Positions 24,780 to 37,548 of a stretch of 64,000 nucleotides of DNA are shown here, in pieces (position 1 is the stretch's first letter; each line of letters begins with the position of its first letter). Both the position numbers and the translations under genes were made by a program. This DNA comes from Microbotryum violaceum (Eukaryota), in NCBI GenBank assembly GCA_001244265.2, contig CDLV01000019.1, positions 186,001-250,000 on the forward strand, written 5' to 3'. The notes under the pieces are model-generated. The model was given only the letters and a program-made list of their open reading frames with translations. It was not told where the DNA came from and searched no databases.

Positions 24780-26542
24780 TCAGGAGCCTGTTGCAGCGGA
24801 TGGGGCACCGGGACGGTCGTCGCCCGATTCTATCGCTCGTGTTTTGGCGTCCACGGAGTTTTGGCCCTTGAGCGGCAATGACGTGACGTAGTTGGACGGA
24901 AAGAAGCCAATCGTTCCGTCCCTCAATCGGCCCTGCCACCAACCAGCTGTAGCTCGCTCAGCTTCAGGCGTTAGCACAGCGATGATGTCGTTCTCGCCAA
25001 AGCTCAGTTCCTCGCCGTTCAAGGCGTTGTAGGGAAATGTTGCACGGACGAAAGTCAGTGAAGATGGATCAAGCGGACCGCCTGGGGCCAGGGGCTGGTC
25101 GGGAAGCGGGCGGCCGTATTGATCGAGCAAAGGCGGTAAAGCGCGTGGGTTGAGCGCACGTAGCCGCACTTCCTCCTCCTGCCGGGCGGTGATCATGCGC
25201 ACGACCTTAGCCATGAGCCACGGCAGGCCCACAACGGTGAGCAAGAATACTATGAGGGGCTTCTTGGAGAACTTGGGTGTCGAAGGCCCCGCAGTGGCGG
25301 TCCCGTTGACTCCACCGGTGGTGGCTTCGAACGCTCGGAAGCCCTCGGCGTTGAGGCCCTCGGGTCTAGCCGCCCGGCCTAACAGTCGATCGACGAAAGA
25401 CCGAACCCATCGGATGAGAGCGAAGATCGAGAGAACTTGCCCGAGATAGTTACTACAATGGTCACAAGGAAAACTGGCATGCGATGAGAGGTGGCTCGGG
25501 ATTGTCGGTGAGAAAAAAGCTTCGGAAGTGCCCGGAAACTGACCGAATGTGCCCAAATTGTTCGGCCACACCAATCATCGCGAAGAAGCTCGAATGCGTT
25601 GCCATGAACGTGCTCTCCAGCATTTGTGCGAACCCTCCGAACGCGCCTACGATTGACTGGATGACCTGAAAAGTTGCGGCCGTGCCGCTCTCCATCCTTT
25701 GAGTCAAGCTCGCGCCGTCGGAGCCCATCATCCCCGGGGCGCCCATCCCATACCCGCCCATGCCGTAACCGCCCATGCCGTACCCACCCATACCCAGGCC
25801 ATAGCCGCCCATGCCCATGCCGCCCATACTGCCCATACTGCCCATACCATACGAGCCGTACGAGCCCATGCCGTAGCTCGAACCGTAAGAGCCGAGACGC
25901 GAGTAGGACGAGCCGTAGGGTGCCGCATTAGTGCCGTAACCAGCCGCGGTACCGTACCGCGACGGGTTACCGTACTGTGATGGAGGGTACGAAAGCAATT
26001 GGGGCTTCGCATCAGTTCTTGGGAGAGATCGGTACCTTTGCCACTCGCACTCGGCCCAGAACGCTGCTTGTGCAGCTGACAATGCCGCCCGACTACTACA
26101 CAAATCGAGCGCTGAGAGCAAAGACGAGACTGGTACGATTGTAGCATTTCGGCGATACCGCAGTACAACGCAGCACAAGACTTACGGTGTTCGGGCCATA
26201 AGTAGAGCCTGAGACCGCCGCCGAGGCCGCTAGCAGAAGCGGGAATAGAATGAGACCATGCAGTCAGCGGGCTAGCCAGAGCGTATGATAGGCAGATCGA
26301 TGTGGCGGGGGAATAAATCCAACTATATATATTGTGCACTCACCGGTAGCCATCGTAGCAGGTCGATCGGGAAGGGAGGGGGCTTCAGCCGAACCCGAGC
26401 TGGTGCCCGTGTTGGCGGCGCCGGCGGCGGACGAGGGCGTGACCGTCGTGTTAGTGCTCGAAGCATGCAGGGCCGATGCGGCAGCCTGGGGTGCTACGCC
26501 AGCTCGTTCCCAGGGCTTGGCCGGTGCTGGTCTTGAAGCCAT
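24780..26542 (-). CDS. PEX13: Peroxin 13 (peroxisomal docking protein, SH3)
   Basis: N-terminal PAKPWE and YG/GM-rich region. Peroxin-13_N motif ATFQVIQSIVGAFGGFAQMLESTFMATHSSFFAM, a TM segment, and a C-terminal SH3 (ELSF...WWQG...GFFPSNYV). Confidence 0.96.
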
Positions 26543-27182
26543 GTTGTACCGTTCTGTTGAGGAGAGGAGGGAGGGGAGGTGGGGGGGGGGGGGAACGGGG
26601 GGACTCGGGCGACTGGGAAAGAGTGAAGGCGGTGGAGTGAAGGAGGTGGAGGGGACGCCTCGGATCGGGACGTTTGAGGTCACCGAGCCCGACAGCAGGA
26701 CGTCTCTGAACCCCGTTCATTTAGCGATATAGGCCGATTTGTGCACCGAATATCCCTATCCAAGGGATGTATTAACGCACCGCGGGGCGGCGACGAGTCC
26801 CTGAACCTCCAGTGCCCTCTATAAAGTCACACTCACACAACTATGGCCCGAGGATAGGCACTACCTCCTACTTAGCCGCAGGCGAATGACCACCGCAAGA
26901 CATGCATATGGCTAGAGACTGTAACGACAAATTAATCCACCTAGCATTCAATTTCGACTGCATTTCATTCCAATCTTCTTCTCTGTCTATCCTCATTCAG
27001 ACATATCTATTTTCGTTTCCGTTGTATAAACAAAGTCCAGGAACCCTTTCTTTCCTCACCATTCGCTTGAGACCAATCAAGCATGAGCCTTCCCGGTCTT
27101 GCGGTAGGCGCCAACCGCGCGTTCCGAATCGAGTCAGAGTTGCAGCAAAACCGGGTAAACTGGGTTGTAACTAACAAGCACA

Positions 27183-27185
27183 GTC

Positions 27186-27217
<32 letters not shown>

Positions 27218-28044
27218 TTGTTGTTGTTGTTTTTGTTGTTGTTTTTTAGGAAAAAAGGAAAAGTGGAAAAAAAAAGAGGATAGGTGAACAAGGGAAGGCG
27301 GGCGGGAAGCTCAAAACAGAGGTCTTTGCGAGGCGTAGCAAAGATTGTATTTAGTGACGTGCAACTATGACATGGGCTTTGCGAGGCGTAGCACGAGTGT
27401 CAATGAGAATTGAAGCACTTAGTGCGGTCTCGGCGGAGGTAGCCTATAGAATGCTAGGCGTCAGCTTGGATCATCCAACTAGGGCGTTCCGGTAGGAAGG
27501 GCAGTTTCGTACAAAAGCTTGTGCGGAGACTGCTGTGATGCAAGTGAATAATGAGTACGTCGTGCAACTAGCCGAGCGTAATCTGGACACTTACCTCGAA
27601 CGCGTGGCAGGGCCTGCGGGCGTCGAGGGTTTTCTGGAGGCAGCGGCTGCTGTAAATCCTGTGCGAGGGGGGCTTCGCGTGAGCAACGGATTGCTTGGAT
27701 GAGGATCATAGGGTGGTGGCTAACTGACCCTTGGCAGAGGGTGGCAGTGCTGGAGCAGCGGGCTGGCAACAGAAAGCGTCGACGGTGCGGAACCGAGGAG
27801 GAGTAAGCGGCGCGGACGCAAATACGCTTGAGGGGTGGAAAGACTCTGAGGACTCACAGAGAGGCCTAGGGATGCTGAGCGCTCCGGAGAGGCTAGGAAA
27901 GTACGCTGAGCCGCTCGCGGGGAGGGCTAGGCTCTGAGCACTCCGGGGAGGCTAGGAAAGCTGACACTGAGTCAGGGACTGGATGCACGGATGCGCGCTT
28001 GAACATTGAGTGTGGAACTCTTACCGCTAAAGCTCAACAGACAT
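27183..28044 (-). mobile_element. Solo terminal-repeat copy of the DIRS/Ngaro element, carrying three spliceosomal introns and a (CAA)n tail
   Basis: Reverse complement of 27305-28044 matches 59364-59846, apart from three GT-AG inserts and one short duplication. Ends are GTCTGTTG...CAACAGAC. Confidence 0.85.
27186..27245. repeat. (TTG)n / (CAA)n microsatellite
   Basis: About 20 imperfect TTG units seen directly. Confidence 0.95.
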
Positions 28045-28439
28045 CATGATCGTTGTTGGCGGCCTCTCTCGCCTGCGCGTGAGCCGGATTCTTGTTGTTG
28101 TCAGTGACTGTTGAACGCCAAGTAAACAAACCCGTCAGCCGGTATGAAAGGTTTAGTGGGGAATTGCGGGCTTGAGCTTATTCTCATGACCTCGGTGCTC
28201 GACAAGTCAATATTCAGCTCAGCGTCCGAACGCTCGACAAGGGAGGCGATGACCCACCTAGGACTGAATCGGACTGTCGGCGGGGGCGTGGTCTGTCGTG
28301 TCATCTGCCGCACATCAGACAGGGAGACTACACCAGGCCCATGCAATATGCACAAAACGTTTGCCGGAGTCACCTTCACCCAGGGTGCCCACTCCCCGTG
28401 TGGTACTCGGGATCCCGTTGCAGTCATTTCGGTAGAATC

Positions 28440-28600
28440 TCGGGCTCAGGAGTCGAATCGAGTCATTTCGAGCCGGGTTCTGGAGTCATTTCGGACGTAG
28501 CGGGGTAGGGTTCTGGGGTCATTCCGGACATAGCGGGGTCGAGTTCAGGAGTCATTTCGGACAAAGTCGGGTAGAGTTCGGGAGTCGTTTCAAGTTCCAT
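28440..28600. repeat. Degenerate ~30-bp tandem repeat
   Basis: Recurring GG(A/G)GTCATT(T/C)CGGAC units with GGGTT/GGGGT spacers. Confidence 0.7.
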
Positions 28601-29049
28601 CGGTTCGGGAAGGGTCAAGGCGCTGGTTTCGGCAGATTTCTCAGCGGTTAAGCGGTTCCGGATAAACTCAGTACCTCAGTGACTCAAGACTTGACTATCA
28701 GCGACGAACCATGTGGAGGGATTTGAATGGAAGACCGGGCCGGATGCGCGGATGAAAGGATGAAGGGGAATGAAAGGAGCGCAGCGGTTTGAATGGCCGG
28801 AACGATTGAAGGGATTTCGCTTCTTGTTCTTAGGCAGACCACTTCTAGGACCCAATACAGCATCCTAGCTGGTTCTCACTTTTTGGTGTCTCAAGTCTCG
28901 TTTATCATCGTTCTTCAGTCTCCGGCCTCAGCGTTTCAAGTCTCGTGTCTCATCGTTCTCCCGTCTCCGGCCTCAGCGTTCCAGTCTCGTCTCTCGGTTC
29001 TCGTACCCCTGTCTCTCGGCTCAGCTCGCCCCTCTCGTCTCTCTCGCCT

Positions 29050-30854
29050 TGGGTCTCTTAGGAGCTCTTAGGGTCCTTATCCCTTTTCTTCTCATTTTCA
29101 TCTTTGATCGACCGCTTGCTATACAATACCCAGCGTGGGATATCCATCCTTGTGCAAGTCGCCCAGGGTGCTCATCGACAGTCACGGGGAGTTGCGTGGG
29201 ATATCTTTTGGCGTACTTGTGACCGGTAAAAATCCCCTCCCGGACCTCCACCTAAAATCGACTGTAATCGGGCAGGTCGAGAATGTTCTCCGGGTCCAAG
29301 TGGGAACAGGCGGAATCACCCCGGCCTCCAGCACCCGCCCGCCCCCTGTGACTCCATCTTTCCAATGACTGCACACACCCGTGTCCGCCCAATCATCAGA
29401 CGCCGGAGCACACAAAGGCAAACATATACATCACTACCTACATCCTGGGTGTGAGCAACTGGTGGTGGATGAAGATCACCTGCGGCTTCGCCGTTAGTAG
29501 GTTTGGCGTGTTGAATGCGATCGCTGCAGTGGCCGGGCCGGTGAGGGTGAGAAAGGGGAAGGAGTCAGGTCTCTGTCTTTCTTTGCGACGGATTCAACTT
29601 ACATTAACTGTTTCCCAATTTCCATGCCGTTGCCCCATGTTCAGAAAAAGAAGGATCGCAACTTGGACATGCCCTGAGTTGCAACTTTGCCTCGAACTGG
29701 GACGTCAGGAGCAAGTGCTCCGGCTCCGGCCGCTGCCTTTCCGAAGGCAAGCTTGTGCTCGAGACTGAACACACAAAGTGTACCCTGAGTCAGCCTCTAT
29801 AATAACATCTAGTAGTAGGTATGCTGGCCCTCTAGGTCACTCCGTCGATGGACCACGCGAATCAGTGATTGCAGCACGCCATTTGGCATTCCTCGAAATC
29901 AAACGTTGTAGGCCTGGGGATCAGGATGTCTTTGGCTGTGCTTCGCTTGAAGATATAGCCACTCTCGAATGCTGACAGCGCCAAGCGCATGAAGACAATA
30001 GAATACCCAAAAATAAATCCTGTAGTCTTTGATCGCCGAGAGAGTAGCCCTGCAAGTTGTGAGTCTGACAGACAATCTGCAGTTGTTCCAAACGAAGTTT
30101 AACGTTGGACAAGACGAGCTGTCGCAACGAGCACCTGAACACTAGATCCTCGTCAAGCGAATGCGAGGAACCAGATCTGTTCAGTCCATGATAAGTGTAC
30201 TGTACTCGTTCGCCATGTTGGCAAGAGCGACTGCCTCTTTTCAAGCCAAGCTCCCAGATGCTGTCCAATGAGCAATGACTCGGGACCGTCACTCGGCGTC
30301 GGGAGCTGAGGCACGACTATAAGACACGTAAACTGGGAGAGATCGACATCGCCGCAGGGGTGGGGAACACAAATGCCACTTGTTACAATGACTGATTTGT
30401 CGGACCGACTGAGCACCGTTCGTGACTGGTTAACTACTCCCCGAGGAAGGTTGTACCATGAGCTACCAAGATGTTGATGTTCGTACACAGCTATCAGACG
30501 GAGCCGACGGCTTCCTTCCGCGCCGTTTCACGTCGGTCTTGTGCCGGCTTGTGCCAGCTGGCTGGTCTAGCGCGCGGGCGTGTGCGGGACGCCCCCCGCC
30601 AACGAGGATTACTAATCTTGTGACCGTCGCCAATTTCCCAAGCGCGCGCTCCCCGCCGCCGCCCGGGAGCCGCCCCCCGCCAACGAAAATTACTAATGTT
30701 GGGATTGTATTTCCCCAGCTCGCGCCCCCCGCCCCCCCCCCCATTTTTATTGAACAAACCTTCAGCTCTAGAGCTATAGAGAGCTTCAGGGATAAATGGG
30801 CCCGAAAAGTCCATATCTCCCAGACGCACATTGGGCTGAGCTTTCCCGGGTCCT
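29050..30854 (-). mobile_element. Decayed AGGACCC-family element (one TIR visible) with remnant coding sequence
   Basis: TIR end at 30820-30854 is identical to that at 14636-14670; GC-rich subterminal repeats at 30590-30700; broken minus-strand reading frames. Left end not found. Confidence 0.45.
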
Positions 30855-31679
30855 GCGCTGTCCTGCGACAGCTCGCTACTACAGGCCAGCCAGTGGCCAG
30901 CCCGAGGCTGACGAGCTGACGAACCACGGACCTTTTGGAAACTGGTCCCTCAGGCCTCAGGAGGCCTCAGCCAGGACCCATGAAAGCCCAGCCTGAGGCG
31001 CGTAGGTAAAATCCGGTAAAATCGCCGATTTTGGACCTCATTTGTCCACTATTTTTGGGGATTTTCGGCCAAAAAGGTCCCCAAAATGTCCAGTCCATCT
31101 ACGCGCCTCGAAAAATAGCTCTAGAATTGCTTCAAATGCTCTAAAACATCTCCAAAAATCGCGAAAACGCCGTCCGGACGTTTTTCGCTCGGGCCGAATC
31201 GGCGGAGCCCGCGCGCGTGTCAGCCGGTTCGGTTCTGCTTCGCCGAGGGCTCCTCATCTGCACTTGCTGCCTTCCTTTTTGACCCTACATCTTTCACGCC
31301 CTTCATTTGATTACTCAAGGACACAGAAGCGTCCCGTAATCCGTTGCAGCGTCGAAGAAAACAAAATCTTGCCTCAGCCTGCTGGCTCAAGTCGAAGACA
31401 CGCTCCCCGAGGTATGCAACTGAATCCAGTGGTGCGAGAGTGAGCGCGGGCATCGAGGATGATTCCAAGGATTGAATGATTTGTCGAGCATCGAGTCCAA
31501 AGAACCGAGTCGTGCCGTCAATCATATGCGTTGAATAACGGCCCTTGCTCACAACTCGTAATTCTTGGAGGACGACATTCGAGAGTAATGCGAGGGAGTC
31601 GGTCTCCGCTCTGTCACAATGATTTGACGTGGCCTTGGCATACATGTAACGTACTACGAGAGGTAAAATCGATGTCAGT

Positions 31680-34600
31680 CACTCTGCAAAGCAGTAAGCT
31701 AGCTACAGTGAGATGCACAAACCAAGTCCAATGGACAATTGTTCTTCTCCTATGTTGCTGGCGTCACAACTGACAGGTATGATGCCTCGTTTCAATCTGA
31801 AACAGACAAGAGAGCCGATTTTCAAAGGCATGGCTGACGTGACGTTTCCGTCAATCGACCCAAACGTTGGGATCTTGGCGAATACCGTATATTGCCTTGC
31901 TCGCAATTGCATCCGTACCTGGGCAAGAATGAACATTATTGATGAGCACTCTCTGGGCCATATGTGCGGAGCCCACAATTGCAGCTCACTTCTTTATGTC
32001 CGTCTTCGATGTATCCTATGTTTTCTGTCTTGTTTGCGGTCGAAAAGCGACTGAAGGTCCCTTGTCCTGTCCAACGAAAGGACCTCGCAACTCCTGACAT
32101 GGCTTCGAGACGGGCTGCACCCATTGAATGCACGAAGCCTCGGAGGACACTGGAGTGCATTTCACCGTGCTCGGACAATTTTGCTTTTGATGTGGGATCG
32201 GATACTTGGGAAGTCGAGGTGGTGGCGCCGTGCCTTCCCTTGAGTAGGACAACTCTGAGATGGAAGCATGGATGTGCCCGACGGTGCTGGATCAAGCTTT
32301 TCAGATCGAGCGCAAGCTGACAAGATTCGTGATGCAGAAGGGATGGGAGCCGAATGATTTGAGCCTGTGAAAGAATGCTGGTTCCGTTCAGTGTTGCTAC
32401 ACGAGAACAACTGCTGCTTAAATGAACCTACACGACCCGGCAAGCTTTCATTTGCTGTCACAATGGGTGTCGAGTAGAAAGCGTTCCTCTGCTTGAGCAT
32501 CGGCCTCATCATAGGCCTGCTGAACGGCAAGCCTAGAATTGAAAAAGACGTATCATCAGCTCGGACGAGGCTGGTACAGGTCTCAAGCACTCAACTTACA
32601 GTGCAGCATCATTGTCAAGGCCAAGAGCAGCTAAAGAGCGAACAGCATTTTCAACTGACTTTCGCTCTTTCGGGTCCAGCACGACGAGACCTTGGCACAT
32701 TTTGGTGCCGATCCCATCGAGGGTCCGATCTAGGTCAGCGAGGTACGAAAGCGGCTCAGCGTCCTCGGGCTCGACATGCCAAGGTTCACTAGCTGGAAGG
32801 GGCGACATCAATCAGCTTTGCTCAAAACGAAGCCACAAGCTTGGGCGACACCCACCATTGACCGGTATATCTTCCTCTAGCTGGTTGGACTTCTGATATT
32901 GTATGGTATCCCACATTCGAAGACCAAGAAGAAGCTCTTTTGCAAGTCCTGCAGCAACCAAGCTTGTGGACCGAATCTCTTCATCGCTTGGATAAGTCCG
33001 CATTGCGACGAGGTCGAGATCGTCGAGCCTGTCATACATGTGATGGTAGCCTTGACGCGAGTCTGCGGTCTCTGTCTTGAGCTTTCGCATCAGTCCTAGA
33101 AGCGCAGTAACTTTGCTTGCCGACTAAAAACCCGAAATATAAGCTTTACAAGCAGTAGCTCACGTGAAACCATGAAACAAAAGATGACTTACCTGCAGGA
33201 ATTCTAAAGCATCAAATTCTTGCACGACTTTGCGCAAACCGCCAAAAAAATGCTCGACCATCTCCGTACCATGTCGCCATGGTATGAACGCTTCTTCCGG
33301 CCAAAAGTCGCGGTAGTTCCGAATAAGGGCGATGTTTGCATTGACGACCTTTCGCATACCATCCAGGGTCTCCTTGGCAATAAAGGCCTGCGCGTTGTAC
33401 CCGGGACGATTGCGCACGAAGGTCAACCATCCCTCAAATGTTTAACAAACCGTCAATAGCATCTTAATACGTTCAATCGGCTGCAAGGACCTGTTATGTA
33501 TCGCGTCGTGAAGCTCGCCGCAGAGAAAGAGGAAGACGATGGCATCGGCATCGAATTTGCCGTCCTCGTAAAGTCGGCAAGCAAGCGCGAGAGTAGCTTC
33601 GGAGAACGCTCGATGCGTCGCATTGTCATCTTGACGATCACGTCCAATTACATCACGTAGATACAAGGTCCTCGCCGACTCTTCGACGTTGAGCAGCGTC
33701 AACAGGTCACGATATCCGATACATCCGGTGCCGCCGTATATTGCCCTGGCGCCTGAATCGCACGCGCTGCGGAGATTTTTGCTCAAGTGCTTTTCGTCCC
33801 GATTGAAGCACGTTGGAGTGTTGCCCACTTGAACGGATGCCAGTCGAATGGCTGGGAAGACTTTGTCGGGACCTGGAGATGGAATGACATGTGCGAGCTC
33901 TCGCCGACGGTTCCCCTCTCCGGTATACCCCTCATCGCCGCCAAGTCGCCCTGCCATGACGCGCTGCAAGACGCCTTCGCTTGCCGCCCCATCCGCCGAG
34001 ATGGAGGCAAGAAGATGACCTAGCCCAGCGTTGACAAGGAATTGAATAACTGATTCCAATTCATCCGCAGCCTCGGATGAGCTCGTCGAGTCGCCAATCA
34101 CGAATGCGGCAAGGTATTGGGCTGGGCAAGAGACATCGTTTGGTGCAAGCATGCACACTCGAACCTATCCACACAAGCGCCAGCAAATGAGCAATCAATC
34201 AAAGCGCTGCGCAGATATAGTCACCGACCTTGGTGCCAGCGATTGGAGGGTTCGGTCCCCGAAAGATACCCTCGAGCTCCTGCGTGGTTTCATACACGAT
34301 TGGCGGGCCAACCATGCCAACGAGCTCGTGACGGAAGATTTTCTGCCCGCCCAGGCGAGCTTCCGCTTCCTTGTCCTTCGAATAAAACCGTGTTGTCCTG
34401 ATTACTTGGCGCAGTTTCGTGTCGTCGACGTGGAGGTTAAAGGTCTTCCCATCCGAAAGGATCTTTAGGATAATGCGCTGCATGTGGGGCTCATCTAAGC
34501 CGAACTTGGGCTTTTCGAATGTTGCTCGATGTTGTCTGAGAGGTTTAGAATCGTCAGTAGCCTGAAGGAATGACGGATAGCTCAGGTCTGAAACTTGCTG

Positions 34601-37047
34601 AAGTGTGCGCATCGAGACTCCGCCGACAGTTTTTTGCACCACGCGCAACGCCGTGGGAGATGCCAGAGCCAGCGCGTGTTCAAAGTCGAGCAAAGCTTCG
34701 TCTCGCACATAGCCTCTCATGTCCTTGCCTTGTGCGTCCCGCCTATGCTTGATCACGGCGACTTTTGCCATACCTTTCAGAATGTTGGCTCCAGCCAGCT
34801 CGCCGGAAACTAAACCTTGAGCGAAACGAAGATAGACCTTGCCATCTTTGGTCCCTAAAAGTTCCTCCAGACCTTGGTGTTCCTTGAAAACCTTTGACAT
34901 CAAAGCCTCGACGGAAGCCAATCGTTTATTCGTGAACTTGATTGTGGGTCCGACAGCCCGAGGACGATGTAACGCCTGTGAGAAGGCTTTCGTGTGAAGC
35001 AGTGCCTTGCATTTGGCGCAAGACTCCAATTTCGTTCCACATTGCGACTCCATTCCGATCCTGGTACAGTTGACACTGTTCACTCGGGGTGCTGAATGAT
35101 CGTTCACCCACGTCCACTCGTTCGCTTCCAGATTGTTGATCTCACGGCGTTCAGAACGAGTCAATACACGTTTGCCAATTCTTGGGAACCTTCTCTTGAT
35201 GAGCTTTAGCCGAGATGGTGCGCCTCCGCCTCGAGCAGAGCTCTTTGAGAGGTATCGCTCTACCCGCTTGCCTGTCAGGCCGGGACACGGGGGAGAATCT
35301 TCCAGGGTTTTGCCTTGCGACCGAACAGCCGTTTCCGAGGGCGGTCGGACAGCAAAGTAGTGGTCGATCTTGCGCATGTTCGTGCACGGCGGGTTTTGAT
35401 TAATATGCCTCATGAAGCGAGTGACGCCGTGCCGTGTCTTCATCTTCTGATATGTACGACAGCGACCGCACTGTACCGTCCTGGGATTCGCAATCTTCAC
35501 GTCCGAACCTGGGCAGAGCTGCTTGACCTTCGCCTTGAATTCAGCAAATGCTGCGGGGCGAGCCTTCGAGTATTCGATGTCTTTAAGATGCTCCTTGGCT
35601 AGTCTGGCTCGTCGTGCTGTGATTGATTCCCCCGACTTCGGAGTTTCGTCGTCCGTGGTGCAATCATCGTCCGTGGTGCAATCATCGTCCGTGGTGCAAT
35701 CGTCGTCCGTGGTGCAATCGTCGTCCGTCTCGGAATCTGAGCGGAAGCATATCCCGCACCATGTCTGCTCGTCATTCTCGATCTCGGCCATCTCCTCGAA
35801 CACACCAACGTCCAAATCGTTCTTGTCTATGCCGGCAAAGGGCGCGGGCAAGTCATGGGTGAGATCTTGAGATTTGATTGCGAATGTTGCTAGTCGGTGA
35901 AACTGGCGAATGCGAGAGATATGAGCGCGACCGGCAGAAAAAGGTGGAACCAAAAGAAGTTTGGTTTCGACAACATTGATAGCCGCTGGTCCGCACGGAA
36001 GCTGTCAGCCTGTTGAACCATGCGGCCTTGCTTCGGCTCAGTGTTGAGAATTTGTAGCTCGAGGTAGTCAAATAAGGCGAGTGCCGAGTTACGAGTAATC
36101 TTGTCGATCCGAATATGCGAGAGCGAGTTGAAAACCGGCCATGTCCTTTGTTCAACATCAACACGTGCCATTGCCCAATGATTGCGAAAGCAGAGCGGGA
36201 GAAACCAGATCGATTGAGGGCGTGCTCGAACGAAAGATCGAAGATCGGCGAGAGTTCGATAGGGAACAAGTGGTGATGTGAAGGTGTATTTGTCGAGAAC
36301 ATCACGTTGAGGAGAGTCAGGGTGATGTTTTTTTGACGCGACCAAAATCGCCATGAGGTCGGATGGGAATGCCCCCTATACTTTGTCGGGTGCTGTTGAC
36401 GCTTGTACACGCGATGAAGCTAGTACGCTTGTGATGGCAACGTCCATCGCGGCTTCTCCAAGCCACGTTGTCCCTAGGAAAAGCACGAAGAATAGTCCCA
36501 GTCAATCACGCGATCGAACAAGCAAACAAAATGGCTACTTACCGACGAAATCGAGCAGCGTGCGCAAGGACGCGCTACACCCGAGGATCATTGAGGGAGT
36601 ATATTGCTCCTCAACGATTAATGACGGCAGCACCTCCAGAGCCTTGACGATGAGAGGCTGATTTTCGATGTTGACACCCAGATAACTTTTCATCCACTCT
36701 TAGCTATTGATAACGATCGAACGCATGCGCTCGGCGTAATCTATATGCCGCCAGATCCTTTCGACACCGAAAGGCAGCCGGTGCCCAGCGATGGCGATAG
36801 ACCGGTAACCTTGATTTCGTGCCGCAATGATTGCTCCACGATCCTTGAACTTGTCCCTCCAAGCATCGAACGGCCTAGGAAGAGTATCAAACTCGAGAAG
36901 CTCGTCTGTCGACCACGAAAGCTGTATTTAGGTCTCCGGGTTGTCGAAGCGGAAGGCGAGAAGCTCAGACACCCTCACGTCCAAGAGGGGTGCCATTCGC
37001 TCGAAATCATCGTCAAGGAGCTCGATATCCGGATTGTCTAGATACAT
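31680..37047 (-). pseudogene. Multi-exon Ulp1/C48-like protease, Zn-finger and P-like DDE transposase gene (stops, frameshifts)
   Basis: Protease motifs WLGEAAMD, RNHWAMARVD, FNSL, QQADSF/CGPA. Zn finger CGRC..H. Transposase motifs HVDDTKL, SADG, DEKHLSKNLR, DRQDD.A...FS, TEMVEHFFGGLR. 3' end approximate. Confidence 0.75.
35647..35727. repeat. 18-bp coding tandem repeat (TTDDDC x4) in the transposase linker
   Basis: TCGTCCGTGGTGCAATC(A/G) units; translation DDDCTTDDDCTTDDDCTTDDDCTTDD. Confidence 0.9.
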
Positions 37048-37548
37048 CTCGTCGAAGTTGGCTGAAGCGAGAGCCTAGCCTAGGATGTTGATGACGATGA
37101 TGGCACAGACGACGCGACGCGGTGGGGGAGGCAAGATACGCGCGCACTCGGACTTTTCGTTCAACCAGCCAAGAGGTTACATTGCAAATATTGAACAATT
37201 AGAGCCGTTGTTGTTGATTCGGTATAGCCCAGAGTGTTTCGCGCGCGCTCCCGCGCGCTCTTGAGGGTCGGCAAACTTTGCCGCACCAAGCCGAATGTGG
37301 CTGAAATCGGCCGAGATTTGTCCACTGGCACCTACGGGCCTAGGCCCCCACCCGCACCATGATTTGTCCACCCCCGACTACGCGCCTTGGCGATTTTGGC
37401 CCATCTGAGGCCCAAAATTTGTCCAGTCGGGCACTACGCGCCTCCGGTTGGGCTTTCGAGGGTCCTCCTCAGCCTCGCTTAGCTTGCGTGGGGTTGGGGT
37501 TAAAGCTTAAAGGCCGCTTATCAGTCTTACACAGGCTTATCCTCCACC

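Larger units (their letters stand above)
30973..37466 (-). mobile_element. Full-length (6.5 kb) P-element-like DNA transposon with 8-bp TSD
   Basis: TIRs AGGACCC..GAAAGCCCA(G/A)CC.GAGGCGCGTAG at both ends. Exact TSD CCTCAGCC at 30965-30972 and 37467-37474. Confidence 0.92.

Noticed and set aside
27325-27395. Fourth indel between the solo repeat and the DIRS 5' end
   Set aside because: Bounded by direct repeats TGCTACGCCTCGCAAAG rather than GT-AG; a duplication or deletion, not an intron.
27183-28044. Solo LTR of a Gypsy/Copia element (TG...CA-like ends)
   Set aside because: No 4-6-bp TSD, and the linked coding region is DIRS/Ngaro-type with no protease or DDE integrase seen.
28440-28600. 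Spaced ~30-bp repeats superficially like a CRISPR array
   Set aside because: Degenerate tandem units without unique spacers, no cas genes, eukaryotic context.
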